43,792 nt of DNA from the IMG/VR virus record IMGVR_UViG_3300048839_001435. The stretch is one strand, 5' to 3'. The translations under genes were made by a program, and so were the position numbers. The DNA is from an uncultured virus (IMG/VR IMGVR_UViG_3300048839_001435) (Duplodnaviria > Heunggongvirae > Uroviricota > Caudoviricetes). Shown piece by piece: positions 27,497-36,284 of the stretch. How positions within the stretch are numbered: the stretch's first letter is position 1; the number at the start of each line of letters is the position of its first letter. The notes beneath the pieces were generated by a model that searched no databases, had not been told where the DNA came from, and was given only the letters and a program-made list of their open reading frames with translations.

Positions 27497-29899
27497 ATGT
27501 CGAAGTCTCCCAAGGAGCCGCTGCGCCTCGATCCCGCCAAGCTGATGACGATGAAGGAGCCTTTCATCGTCCGCGTCGAGAAGATGCGCGGGTCGTCCCG
27601 GATGCCGATCGAGCTGCCCGTCCGTGGCGACGGGCTGGCTCCCGGTGAAGGCTGGGACAAGGACTCGATCCTCAAGATCGACAACTGGCTCGCCACGACC
27701 TGGAGCGGTGGCGGCGTCTACCGGATCCTGGTCGTCGACCAGCAGGGCGACCGGCTGGAGTGGGAGTCGGTCTACGACCCTCGGCAGTTCCCCGAGCGCA
27801 TCCCCGAGACGATGACGCCTGTCGGCAGCGCCCCGGCCGCCGCACCAGCCCCTCAGGCCGCGACAGCTACGTTCAACGGCTCGTGGCCTCCACAGGTCAT
27901 CGGCTGGTCGACGCCGCCCCAGGTGTCGGGCAACTCGGGGCCGCAGCAGAGCACGGCAGGGCCCTGGGCGCAGCCGGGCGCCGGCGCTCCGGGGATGCCG
28001 CCCCCGGGCTACAACGGCAGCAGCGGCAACGGCTTCAACGGCAACGGCAACGGCAACTACAACAACGGCAACGGTGGCGGCGGATGGGCCGCGCCGGGCT
28101 GGACGCCGCCCTCGTCCCGTCGGCGGTATTCCCCTCGTCCCTGGAGTGACGACACCGTGTCCAATCCCTGGTTCTCTCCCCCGCCCCCTGTGACGCCCTA
28201 CCGCGAGCGCGAGCGCGACGATCGCGGTGAGGAGGAACGCCGCAAGCTGCAGGAGCAGCTCCAGAAGATGCAGGAGGAGCGGCTCGCAGCCAACTACCAG
28301 GCGCAGCTCGACCGGCTCCAGCAAGAGCACCGCATGCAGCTCCAGGCGCTCCAGGAGGAGATCCGCCGCAACGCCGAGCGGCTGGCGACGACGAGCGCCA
28401 CCAGCCCCGAGGCCGAGCAGCTCCGCGAGCAGCGGGCACAGCTGGAGCGCGAGCGCCTGATCGCCCAGCAGGAGGAGAAGGAGCGCCGTGAGGAACTCCG
28501 GCGTGAGCACGAGCGCCTCCAGCTCGAAGATCGCTTCCGGCAGATGCAGGAGATGATCGTCAAGACGAACGAGGCCGCTCAGAACCAGCTGCGCGAGATC
28601 GTCAACGTCATCTCCACCAAGTCGACTGGTCCCGACCCGGCCGTCAGCCAGCTCCAGGACCAGCTCCGGGCGCAGCAGGAGGAGATGCGTCGGGCGCAGG
28701 AGCGCCTGGAGAACGAGAACCGCATGCGCGAGATGCGCGAGCAGATGCGCATGCAGGAAGAGGCCAACCGGCGTCAGCTGGAGGCGCTCCAGATGCAGCT
28801 GCAGCAGAACCGCGGACCGGACCCGGCACTGACGCTGATGCAGACCCTGATGGATCGTCAGACCGCGGCGATGCAGGAGGCGATGCGGAACCAGCAGCAG
28901 ACGTTCGATCGTATGAACAACCAGTCCATGACGGCGCGCGATGTGATCGCGCTCGTCAAGGACAGCAGCAGCGGCATCGACGACCTGCGCAAGACGCTCA
29001 CGAACACCTACAGCGACATCTTCAACACCCAGAAGATGGTCGTCGAGCACGCGATGCAGCTCTCCGGCGGCGGCGGCCCGTCGCTGGGTGAGCGCGTGAT
29101 CGAGGGCGCTGTCGAGCGCGTGGGTGCGCTCGCCGACAAGTATCTCACCGTCCAGCGGGATCGGACCGTGAGCGCGGCCAAGGCGCAGCAGGCCCAGGCC
29201 GATGCGGCGGCGGCTCAGGCCGCGGCCTACGCGGCAGCTGTCCAGCGGAACGCGCCTGCGGGCGCGGCGCAGGCGACACCTCCCGCGTCGCCGGCGGCAC
29301 AGGCGGCGGCGCAGGCCGCTGCTCAGGTCAAGAAGCAGCAGCGGCAGGCGTCTACCACGGCGCCCGCGGAGTCGGCCTCGGGCGGCCTCGGAGATGCTGG
29401 CGCCGCCACTGGCGCCCCTGGCGCGACGACGCCGCCGATGGGCAAGGTGATCCAGATGCGGCGCCACGGCCGGACCGACGAGGAGTGGTTCGGCCTCGCG
29501 CTGCCCGAGGTCAAGAAGCTGCGGACCGGCGTGGCCAAGTTCCTCCAGTCGATCGGCCGAATGGACGCCCAGGGCAACCACGACCCCGACCTCGACGAGA
29601 ACGGCAACCCGATCGGCTACGGCCCCGAGCAGTGCGCGCAGTTCCTGCTCATCGGCGCCAACCGCATCAGCGGCCTGAACGTCGCCGTCCCCGCCTTCGA
29701 CAACCTCTTCAAAGAGGGCCGCTTCGCCGACTTCCTGGACGTCGTCCTGCCGGATGCGCCGCAGCCGTTCCGCGATGACGTCGTCAAGTGCGTCCTCGCC
29801 GAGATGGAGGCCGCTGGCGAAGGGCCGGAGGTCGCCGACGTCGACGACGAGACCGACGAAGCCGACGATGATGAGGCCGAGGACGAGGCCGCCGAGTAG
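27497..29899 (+). CDS. 800-aa protein: globular head, P/G/N low-complexity region, long Q/E/R coiled coil, acidic tail
   Basis: Very strong codon bias, TAGGAT 9 nt before the ATG, followed by a terminator. Confidence 0.85.
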   Translation: MSKSPKEPLRLDPAKLMTMKEPFIVRVEKMRGSSRMPIELPVRGDGLAPGEGWDKDSILKIDNWLATTWSGGGVYRILVVDQQGDRLEWESVYDPRQFPERIPETMTPVGSAPAAAPAPQAATATFNGSWPPQVIGWSTPPQVSGNSGPQQSTAGPWAQPGAGAPGMPPPGYNGSSGNGFNGNGNGNYNNGNGGGGWAAPGWTPPSSRRRYSPRPWSDDTVSNPWFSPPPPVTPYRERERDDRGEEERRKLQEQLQKMQEERLAANYQAQLDRLQQEHRMQLQALQEEIRRNAERLATTSATSPEAEQLREQRAQLERERLIAQQEEKERREELRREHERLQLEDRFRQMQEMIVKTNEAAQNQLREIVNVISTKSTGPDPAVSQLQDQLRAQQEEMRRAQERLENENRMREMREQMRMQEEANRRQLEALQMQLQQNRGPDPALTLMQTLMDRQTAAMQEAMRNQQQTFDRMNNQSMTARDVIALVKDSSSGIDDLRKTLTNTYSDIFNTQKMVVEHAMQLSGGGGPSLGERVIEGAVERVGALADKYLTVQRDRTVSAAKAQQAQADAAAAQAAAYAAAVQRNAPAGAAQATPPASPAAQAAAQAAAQVKKQQRQASTTAPAESASGGLGDAGAATGAPGATTPPMGKVIQMRRHGRTDEEWFGLALPEVKKLRTGVAKFLQSIGRMDAQGNHDPDLDENGNPIGYGPEQCAQFLLIGANRISGLNVAVPAFDNLFKEGRFADFLDVVLPDAPQPFRDDVVKCVLAEMEAAGEGPEVADVDDETDEADDDEAEDEAAE

Positions 29900-29924
29900 C
29901 GCGGCGCGCGCCTCGATTCAGTCT

Positions 29925-29953
29925 GCCGCCCCACTCGGGGCGGTTTTTTTTTT
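29925..29953 (+). terminator. Rho-independent terminator
   Basis: Stem GCCGCCCC, loop ACTC, GGGGCGGT, then a 10-T run, between convergent genes. Confidence 0.85.
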
Positions 29954-29967
29954 GGCTACTAGACGCC

Positions 29968-31032
29968 TTAGCAGCCACGGTAGGCGATGTTGCGCATCTC
30001 CCCGCCCCACAGCTCAGCGAGGTCGTCCTCGTGGTTCCGTAGCACGTGCAACATGTCCTCGAAGTTCCACTCCCATGTCACCGCCGACACGGCTCGTCCG
30101 AGGCTATCGTTGCCCCACTGAAGGATCCCCCCGAACAGTAGATTGTCGATCAGGCCGTCCGGGATCGCGTCGACGTTCTTCTCGATCTTGTCTCGACACG
30201 CCTCGGGCAAGCCGTCGCCGAAGAACGGCAGCAGCACGTCACGCCGAAACTCCTTCCGGGCGTGCTCGTCCCAGGCGTCATCTTGCATTACCGATTCGAC
30301 TTCACCATGAGTGTCGTCGTCGAACAGAGGATAGTCGCTCAGACCGCGAATCTTCTCGATCAGCTGCAGCGGGATCGGTTGCATCAACGGGATCGCCGCC
30401 TGATGCACCCCGTAGCCGTCGGTCAGATCGACCGTGACGGCGGCGTAGTTGTTCTTGATCCACTGCCAGTTGGCGCGCTGCGTGTCGTGCCCGATGTGCG
30501 GTCCCCAGGTCGTCTCGGGAATGATCAGAATAGGCACGCTCGGTGCGGAGTGCGCTGGCACCGAACGCACGGCGCGCATGCTGTAGACACCGCTCCAGTC
30601 CCCCGCGATGGCTTCGTCGTCGTCGCCTTCTTCCAGGACTAGGTATTCCACAGGTGCATCGACGCCGGCCCCCACCGGGGCAATCCACGCGCGCTTCGCG
30701 CGCGGATGCCATACGAGCCAGTGGCCTTGGAGGCTGTCGTCGTCGTAGACGATCGCCACCATCGACCAACCGTCGCTCCACCCGCGCGTACCCGCCAGCT
30801 GGAACACCCAGCGCACCACGACGAGGGGCGTACCGTGCCGTCGGTGCTGCTCGACGAGCATGGCCGACAACCCCGAGATCGTGTCTTGGTTCCGGCGCAT
30901 CACCGACACCGTGGGCTGCGGGCTGATCAAGTTGTTCAGCATCCACGCGATGTACTGACGCTGATCCGGTGGCATGGACTCGACACCGGGCAGCACCCGA
31001 ATCGACTCCGCTGTGAATGGTGCCTCGATCAT
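29968..31032 (-). CDS. Hypothetical acidic protein
   Basis: 354 aa, ATGA-coupled to the upstream gene. Confidence 0.75.
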   Translation of the reverse strand: MIEAPFTAESIRVLPGVESMPPDQRQYIAWMLNNLISPQPTVSVMRRNQDTISGLSAMLVEQHRRHGTPLVVVRWVFQLAGTRGWSDGWSMVAIVYDDDSLQGHWLVWHPRAKRAWIAPVGAGVDAPVEYLVLEEGDDDEAIAGDWSGVYSMRAVRSVPAHSAPSVPILIIPETTWGPHIGHDTQRANWQWIKNNYAAVTVDLTDGYGVHQAAIPLMQPIPLQLIEKIRGLSDYPLFDDDTHGEVESVMQDDAWDEHARKEFRRDVLLPFFGDGLPEACRDKIEKNVDAIPDGLIDNLLFGGILQWGNDSLGRAVSAVTWEWNFEDMLHVLRNHEDDLAELWGGEMRNIAYRGC

Positions 31033-31991
31033 CGCCGGTCTCTGCGCCGCTCGAAGCGCTTCACGAAGTCACCGTCGTCGATGTTGTTCATCAAGGACAG
31101 CAGGTTGTCCTCGATGTACTGCCTCGGAGTCTTGTGAGCGTACATCAGCTCAGCCATCGGCGTATCGCGTACGGCATTGGTCAGATCCCAGACTGCAGGG
31201 AAGTAGCCCATGTCAGTCCTCGGCCAGATGCCGTAGAGCGCATCTACGAGCGTCTCGCCGTGGTGAGGATACTTGCGGCGTAGTTGGCGTTGGACCTTGG
31301 GCGACAAGTGCTCCCACACGGCACCGAAGTCGAGGTTCACGGTGTTGAGCGTGTCGTCGGTAGCGACGTCGAAGTCGTTCTTCCACTCTCGGTAGGCTTC
31401 GTCAACACACTCCTGCTCGGCCGCGTTGGCGCGTTCGTCGGCGTCGTCTTCGTCGAGCCCCTCGTCTTCAGCTTCTTGCTTGGCGTATCGCCAGGCATCG
31501 ATGCAGCCGTCTCGAACGCGGTCTCCGACCTTCTCGTCCCAGGCGTGCTCGAATTCGATCGCCTCGACGAAGTCGTGGTGCCAGAACCAGAGCGGAGTCT
31601 GGTCGTCCATGAACGCCCGCAGATCGTAGAACACTCGACGATCCTCCGGCCATCCGGCACGGGTCAGCTGGTCGGGCGGATCCCCGATGGCCGCCTGGGC
31701 CGCGGGAAACCAGATCAGGTTCTCGTGTTCGTGATGCTTCACGAATGGACGCTCGTGCCGCGTCAAGGCCGACACGTTCATCTTGGTGAGTGAGTTGCGC
31801 AAGAACAGCTCGACGGACACCAGATCGACATCGGTCCCCGTCTGCGTCGGATCGTTGGTCTCCGCGATCGCCGCGAAGTAGGTGCAGAACTCCGGCATGG
31901 GCACGAACTTCTTGGTGCCGACCATCAAGTTCGACGCGCTCAGCGCACGGCAGATCGCGGCGGGCGTGATTCGGTTGACGAGCCTAGTCAT
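31029..31991 (-). CDS. Hypothetical acidic protein
   Basis: RBS GGAGG before ATG 31991, EAEDEGLDEDDADE tract. Confidence 0.75.
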   Translation of the reverse strand: MTRLVNRITPAAICRALSASNLMVGTKKFVPMPEFCTYFAAIAETNDPTQTGTDVDLVSVELFLRNSLTKMNVSALTRHERPFVKHHEHENLIWFPAAQAAIGDPPDQLTRAGWPEDRRVFYDLRAFMDDQTPLWFWHHDFVEAIEFEHAWDEKVGDRVRDGCIDAWRYAKQEAEDEGLDEDDADERANAAEQECVDEAYREWKNDFDVATDDTLNTVNLDFGAVWEHLSPKVQRQLRRKYPHHGETLVDALYGIWPRTDMGYFPAVWDLTNAVRDTPMAELMYAHKTPRQYIEDNLLSLMNNIDDGDFVKRFERRRDRR

Positions 31992-33231
31992 CGGTTTCCT
32001 CCAACTCGTCTTCGGCCCCCGTGAACCGCGAGACGATATCGTATCGCGCACCTCGCGGCGCGTTGGCCGCGATCCACCGCTCCGCGTGATGCTCGGCGTG
32101 TTCGACGTCCCAGAACTTCTCTGGCAGCACAACAACCTTCTCGGAGGTGAAGATCGCCGCCTGGAACTCCATGGAACGGCCGATCGGCAGCGGGATGCCT
32201 TGCTTCATCGCTTCGAGACGCACCGCCGACGGCAGTCCGCGGTCAGTGTTCTCGTCGACGGACACGACGAGGTCGGGATCCGCCGCACCCGTCGCCGGCA
32301 AGTGGACCGTCTTCGAGCCATCTCGGGTCTGAATCGTCCACGTTTGCCTGTCAGCGCTCAGCGTGGCGAATGCTTCCGTGCGCTCGATGTCGACGGCGCC
32401 GATCCATTCACCCATGTGCAGCACGATCTCCGCAACGTCGATCCCTGGGAGCTTGTCGTCGAAGCCATTCAGGTTGAGCAGGTACTCGCGGTAGTATTCG
32501 TAGCGCCGTTCTTGAACGGATGCGTTGTCGTCCGAGCCCGGGTGTTCGCGGACAGCTTCTCGCCACGCCTCTTCGCGGTCGTCTTTGAAACGATCGTCCT
32601 GTTCGACGAACTCCTCGAACGTCGAGTAACCTTCTTGGCTGTACTCGATGTAGACGCCGTACGGGCCGAGATCGTACCCGGCTTCTTGCCCGACGACTTG
32701 GATCTCGACGCTGGTGTCCGTCAACGCGACGGACCCGTTGAAGTCGAAGTCGATCGGGTCGGCATAGCGCAGAAAGCGCGCGATGTCGTCGCTGACTGGC
32801 AGCGGCGTGATGTCGATCGGCCCAGCCCAGCTGCCGTCTTGGAGCAGTACGAACCCCGTCGGCCGCTTGTACAGGTCGAGCACGGCGACGAGGTAGCACC
32901 CGAAGTCGAGCGGCGGTGGCTCGGCATCCCCACGCTCGGCGAGCCGCAGTTCGACTTCGACGGCCATCCGGCGCCGCGGAATCGCGTCGAGCTTCAAGCT
33001 CGTCGGCAGCAGCCACGGCTTCCAGTCCGCAGGCAGGATCTCCTGGGTGCGGCCCTTCTCGAACGTTTCCGTGAAGACGCCATGGAACCGCCCGATCGCG
33101 CTGACGATGATGGCGTCGTCGTCTTCCTGATTCTCTGCAGGCGTACTGAGGATCGCCGCGGCGTAAGCCGCCTTCGGCCAGCCTTGATACTGCCAGCTGA
33201 AGCACTTCAGTAGCTCGTCTGGGTCGACCAT
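31984..33231 (-). CDS. Hypothetical acidic protein
   Basis: 415 aa, TG-A-TAGACT upstream. Confidence 0.75.
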   Translation of the reverse strand: MVDPDELLKCFSWQYQGWPKAAYAAAILSTPAENQEDDDAIIVSAIGRFHGVFTETFEKGRTQEILPADWKPWLLPTSLKLDAIPRRRMAVEVELRLAERGDAEPPPLDFGCYLVAVLDLYKRPTGFVLLQDGSWAGPIDITPLPVSDDIARFLRYADPIDFDFNGSVALTDTSVEIQVVGQEAGYDLGPYGVYIEYSQEGYSTFEEFVEQDDRFKDDREEAWREAVREHPGSDDNASVQERRYEYYREYLLNLNGFDDKLPGIDVAEIVLHMGEWIGAVDIERTEAFATLSADRQTWTIQTRDGSKTVHLPATGAADPDLVVSVDENTDRGLPSAVRLEAMKQGIPLPIGRSMEFQAAIFTSEKVVVLPEKFWDVEHAEHHAERWIAANAPRGARYDIVSRFTGAEDELEETDD

Positions 33232-33247
33232 CTCGACCGCCAGTCTA

Positions 33248-33565
33248 TCACCGGCGGCGCCGGCCCAGCCCGTAGTTCTGCTTCTTCTCCAGCTGGCGCG
33301 CCGCCGCCCACTCCATCTCGAAGTTGGCGTTGTAGATGCGCAGCAGCGTGAAGATGGAGATGAGTCCCGAGGCCAGCACAGCGCCGGCGAACGCCTTCCT
33401 GGCGGGCACGCCCACCGCCAGAAACGGCGGCGCGATCATCAGGGTCCGTGCGATCGTCCACCCGGCGAGCCTGATGCCACTGCCGTTCTTCTTCTCCAGT
33501 ACGTCGGCGACCGTACGATAGGTTGGCAGCGCAGGGGTTGTGGCGTCTTCAACGTCGTCGTTCAT
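33248..33565 (-). CDS. Small membrane protein ending GLG-RRRR
   Basis: Two hydrophobic segments, basic tail after GLG. Confidence 0.7.
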   Translation of the reverse strand: MNDDVEDATTPALPTYRTVADVLEKKNGSGIRLAGWTIARTLMIAPPFLAVGVPARKAFAGAVLASGLISIFTLLRIYNANFEMEWAAARQLEKKQNYGLGRRRR

Positions 33566-33572
33566 GACTATC

Positions 33573-34403
33573 TCACTTGCGCCCCGATGAACGCGCCAGC
33601 CGGCGCAGGTTGGCGAGGAAGTTCTTCCACGAACGATGATCGCTCGGCGTGCTCGCGGCGAATGCGATGCTGCCGTTGGGGTGCGTCCAGCGGTAGTGGC
33701 CGCCCTTGGTCTTGGTGACCGTCCAGCCCTCGCGACGCAGCTCCTCGGCGACCGTGGAGTCCACGCGCTTGAAGATCCGGCGGATGTCCCGCTGGTCCAG
33801 GGGCTTCGGCCCTTGCAAGGCCGGCGCAGCCGGCGCAGCCGACGATGCGCGCCGCCTGAGCGCGATGGCGAACAGTGCGATGATCGCCAGGCCGCCGACC
33901 GCTATCCACTTCGTGGTGTCGGTGATCTGGATCGCCGACGTCGCGGAGCCCTTCTGCGCACGCGTATCCGACGGCGGCGACGAAACCGCCATCCGGTTGA
34001 TGGCCGCCTGAGTCTCGGCGTCGTACGCCGCGAGCCACGCAGCCAGCTTCTCGCGCGCGGCGGGCAGCCCCAGCACCTGCTGGAGTCCGGCCTCGCGCTG
34101 GAGCCCCAGCTTCTGGACGATCGTCGCCGCGGTACCGCTCGGCGCCTGGAACACGAACGGGACGACGATCTTGGCGGCAGCCAGCGGCTTGCGTACCTCG
34201 GCGTAGAATGCCTGCGGGCTCCACAGCACGACGTTGCGCCCATCGGCTTCGTGGTACTGCACGAGTTCGCCAGTGCCGCCGATCAGGAAGAGCGCATTCG
34301 GTCGGCTCAGCTCAGTCAACAGACTTCGTTGCCCTGCCGACGACGCCGCACGGCTCCGCTGGTACGCTTCGATCGACATCGGCACTGTCGTCCCCAGTTG
34401 CAT
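33573..34403 (-). CDS. Membrane carrier protein fused to a C-terminal HicA-like RNase domain
   Basis: MQLG start (TGATG-coupled), TM KWIAVGGLAIIALFAIAL, linker APALQG, then EGWTVTKTKGGHYRWTHPNG...STPSDHRSWKNFLANLRR. Confidence 0.8.
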   Translation of the reverse strand: MQLGTTVPMSIEAYQRSRAASSAGQRSLLTELSRPNALFLIGGTGELVQYHEADGRNVVLWSPQAFYAEVRKPLAAAKIVVPFVFQAPSGTAATIVQKLGLQREAGLQQVLGLPAAREKLAAWLAAYDAETQAAINRMAVSSPPSDTRAQKGSATSAIQITDTTKWIAVGGLAIIALFAIALRRRASSAAPAAPALQGPKPLDQRDIRRIFKRVDSTVAEELRREGWTVTKTKGGHYRWTHPNGSIAFAASTPSDHRSWKNFLANLRRLARSSGRK

Positions 34404-34849
34404 CACAGGCGGTCTCCGTAGGTACGGTAGAAGTAGATGCCGGCGGCGACGCCGCCGATGACCAACGCAGGCACGAGGTACTTGCGCCACGGCGACTCTT
34501 CGTAGGTCGCCTTGACCATGAACGCCTCGACGAATCGCAGCGCGACGGCCACGGTGGGCCCTGCGTCGATTGCGCTGTCGCCGTCACCCTCGTCGGCGAC
34601 GTTGTCGAGCGGGAACGGCATGAAGATCAGCCGTTCGACCGTCAGGCGGTCCCACGCAGCTTTCTGCTGCGCGAGCAGGGACTGCGGCCACCAGACGACC
34701 TTGCGGCCCGACAGCGTCATCACCGGCGTCACGACTGCGCGTGGCGACCTGGCGATCCGCGCGGTGCTGTAGCCGGCGGTCTTGAGTCCGCGCAGGTAGC
34801 CGCGCAGGTCCCTCACGACGGCCAGATCCTCCGGCGAGTCCAGCAGCAT
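34403..34849 (-). CDS. C-terminally anchored membrane protein
   Basis: TM YLVPALVIGGVAAGIYFY, translational coupling. Confidence 0.7.
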   Translation of the reverse strand: MLLDSPEDLAVVRDLRGYLRGLKTAGYSTARIARSPRAVVTPVMTLSGRKVVWWPQSLLAQQKAAWDRLTVERLIFMPFPLDNVADEGDGDSAIDAGPTVAVALRFVEAFMVKATYEESPWRKYLVPALVIGGVAAGIYFYRTYGDRL

Positions 34850-34856
34850 CGTCACG

Positions 34857-35447
34857 TCACACCGTCGCAGCTGCGCCGCGCCGCTCGGCGCGAACGGCAC
34901 GAACCAGGTTGTAGAGCGAGACGGCGACGACCGCGCTCGTCGAGAGCGCGGTCAGCAGGAACATCCGACGGCGGTGATTCTCCTCCGCGATGAGCACCTG
35001 CGCCTGCCAGGGCGCCAGTGACGGATCGAGGGTCGGCGCCGTCCCCGGAACGGTGCCTGGCGTCGTCGGCGGGACCATCGTGTCGCCCAGCCCAGGGCCG
35101 GGCCCGACGCCAGGCGTCCACGGCGGCGGCATGTAGCCGTTCGCGGTCCGGATCCAGCCGCTCCGCACGGGCGTGTACCCCCGGTGCGGCGCCAGCTCGG
35201 CATCGGTCGGGATGCCGCCCAGCACTCGGCGCACCGACGGACCGGCCACGCCGAACGGCGCGCGGAACGGTGCGCCCAGTGCCGTGTCGTAGTAGAACCC
35301 CTGCTCCCCGCGTTGGTTGTAGTAGGGATCGAACGGCGGCAACTGAGGCGCGTTGTCCGGGCCCGAGCTGGTGATCTCCCAGGGGTAGGCGTTCTTGATC
35401 TGGCCGTACGGCGTCAGGACGATGCCGAGCTGCGAACCGGATGGCAT
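34857..35447 (-). CDS. Pro/Gly-rich membrane protein with several LG motifs
   Basis: SQLG, ALG, VLGG, GLGD, C-terminal TM. First gene after an operator and TG-A-TAGGCT. Confidence 0.75.
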   Translation of the reverse strand: MPSGSQLGIVLTPYGQIKNAYPWEITSSGPDNAPQLPPFDPYYNQRGEQGFYYDTALGAPFRAPFGVAGPSVRRVLGGIPTDAELAPHRGYTPVRSGWIRTANGYMPPPWTPGVGPGPGLGDTMVPPTTPGTVPGTAPTLDPSLAPWQAQVLIAEENHRRRMFLLTALSTSAVVAVSLYNLVRAVRAERRGAAATV

Positions 35448-35464
35448 GTCAGCAGCCTATCACG

Positions 35465-35480
35465 GATCGCAGCCGCGATC
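35465..35480. promoter_or_regulatory. 16-bp operator copy GATCGCAGCCGCGATC
   Basis: 5 nt upstream of minus-strand TAGGCT (35454-35459), which lies 6 nt before ATG 35447. Confidence 0.85.
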
Positions 35481-35481
35481 T

Positions 35482-35784
35482 CTAGCGAGACTTGATCCGC
35501 TTGTACACGCGGACGCCGCCGTAGGCGAGTGCGCCGCCGAGGGCGATGCCGAACAGCAGCTGCCCGATCGACGTTCCGGCGCCGGCGAGCTGGAGCGTCT
35601 TGCGCCCGAGGCCAGTCCCGGCGTTGGCGGGGTTGGTCCACCAAGTCGTCTGGCCCACGCACTTGGGGCACCCAAGGGCGGCGTCGTCGATCAGCTGCCT
35701 GGACGGCGTCGCGTCGATCTGGAGAGACGTCGTGCCCGGAGCGACTCCGACGGCATCGACGAACCTGACGTTCTGGATGCTCAT
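35482..35784 (-). CDS. Small membrane protein sharing VGVAPGTT with the putative capsid protein
   Basis: ATGA-coupled start MSIQNV, ALG, GLG, LAG, C-terminal TM plus basic tail. Confidence 0.75.
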   Translation of the reverse strand: MSIQNVRFVDAVGVAPGTTSLQIDATPSRQLIDDAALGCPKCVGQTTWWTNPANAGTGLGRKTLQLAGAGTSIGQLLFGIALGGALAYGGVRVYKRIKSR

Positions 35785-36032
35785 CGGAACGTTCCCTTCT
35801 TGTCGAGGTAGTAGTACGTGCCGCCCGCTGCAGCGATGCCGATCAGGACGAAGCTCCACCACGGGATCGCGCCGGGCAGATCCGGCGACAGCGGACCCGG
35901 TGTGATCGTCAGCCCGGCGTCGGACTGCGGGCCTGGCGTCGTCGCGACTTGCGTCGTGCCGCTGCCCGATGACGTGGGGAACGTCTTCGGCCGAAGATCG
36001 AAGACGTTCCTGAACAGATTGCCGGTCAGCAT
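35781..36032 (-). CDS. Small C-terminally anchored membrane protein
   Basis: RBS AGGAG, starts MLTG, TM WWSFVLIGIAAAGGTYYYL. Confidence 0.75.
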   Translation of the reverse strand: MLTGNLFRNVFDLRPKTFPTSSGSGTTQVATTPGPQSDAGLTITPGPLSPDLPGAIPWWSFVLIGIAAAGGTYYYLDKKGTFR

Positions 36033-36118
36033 CAGAATCTCCTGGCCTGCCAGTAGGACCACGCCGCCGCCAGACTGGCGACGCCGAACAGCACGGACAA
36101 CCCTGCGATCGTCTTCAT
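36032..36118 (-). CDS. 28-aa single-TM microprotein (not in the ORF track)
   Basis: MKTIAGLSVLFGVASLAAAWSYWQARRF, GAGGA RBS, TGATG overlap with the next gene. Confidence 0.6.
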   Translation of the reverse strand: MKTIAGLSVLFGVASLAAAWSYWQARRF

Positions 36119-36125
36119 CGAGTCC

Positions 36126-36281
36126 TCACTTCTTGAGCACGAGGTAGGCGCCGCCGGCGACGACGACGATGCCCGCAGCGATCAACGCCCACGGTGTCTT
36201 GGACTTCGCCGCAGGCGTGACGAGGTGGCGAGGATCGAAGACCATCAGCCGCGGTTCGACAGCCGAGTCTGCGCGCAGCAT
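36126..36281 (-). CDS. 51-aa single-TM protein (not in the ORF track)
   Basis: Ends PWALIAAGIVVVAGGAYLVLKK, the same YLVLKK end as the upstream gene. Confidence 0.7.
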   Translation of the reverse strand: MLRADSAVEPRLMVFDPRHLVTPAAKSKTPWALIAAGIVVVAGGAYLVLKK

Positions 36282-36284
36282 GGT

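Noticed and set aside
27455..29581. 708-aa minus-strand ORF, and similar long ORFs at 2035..3345, 4529..6013, 14283..15695 and 31882..33213
   Set aside because: Shadow or off-frame ORFs expected in high-GC DNA, overlapping better-supported genes.
27497..29899. Tail tape-measure protein of a tailed phage
   Set aside because: No tail, baseplate, portal or terminase genes in the window, and it is not in a tail operon context.
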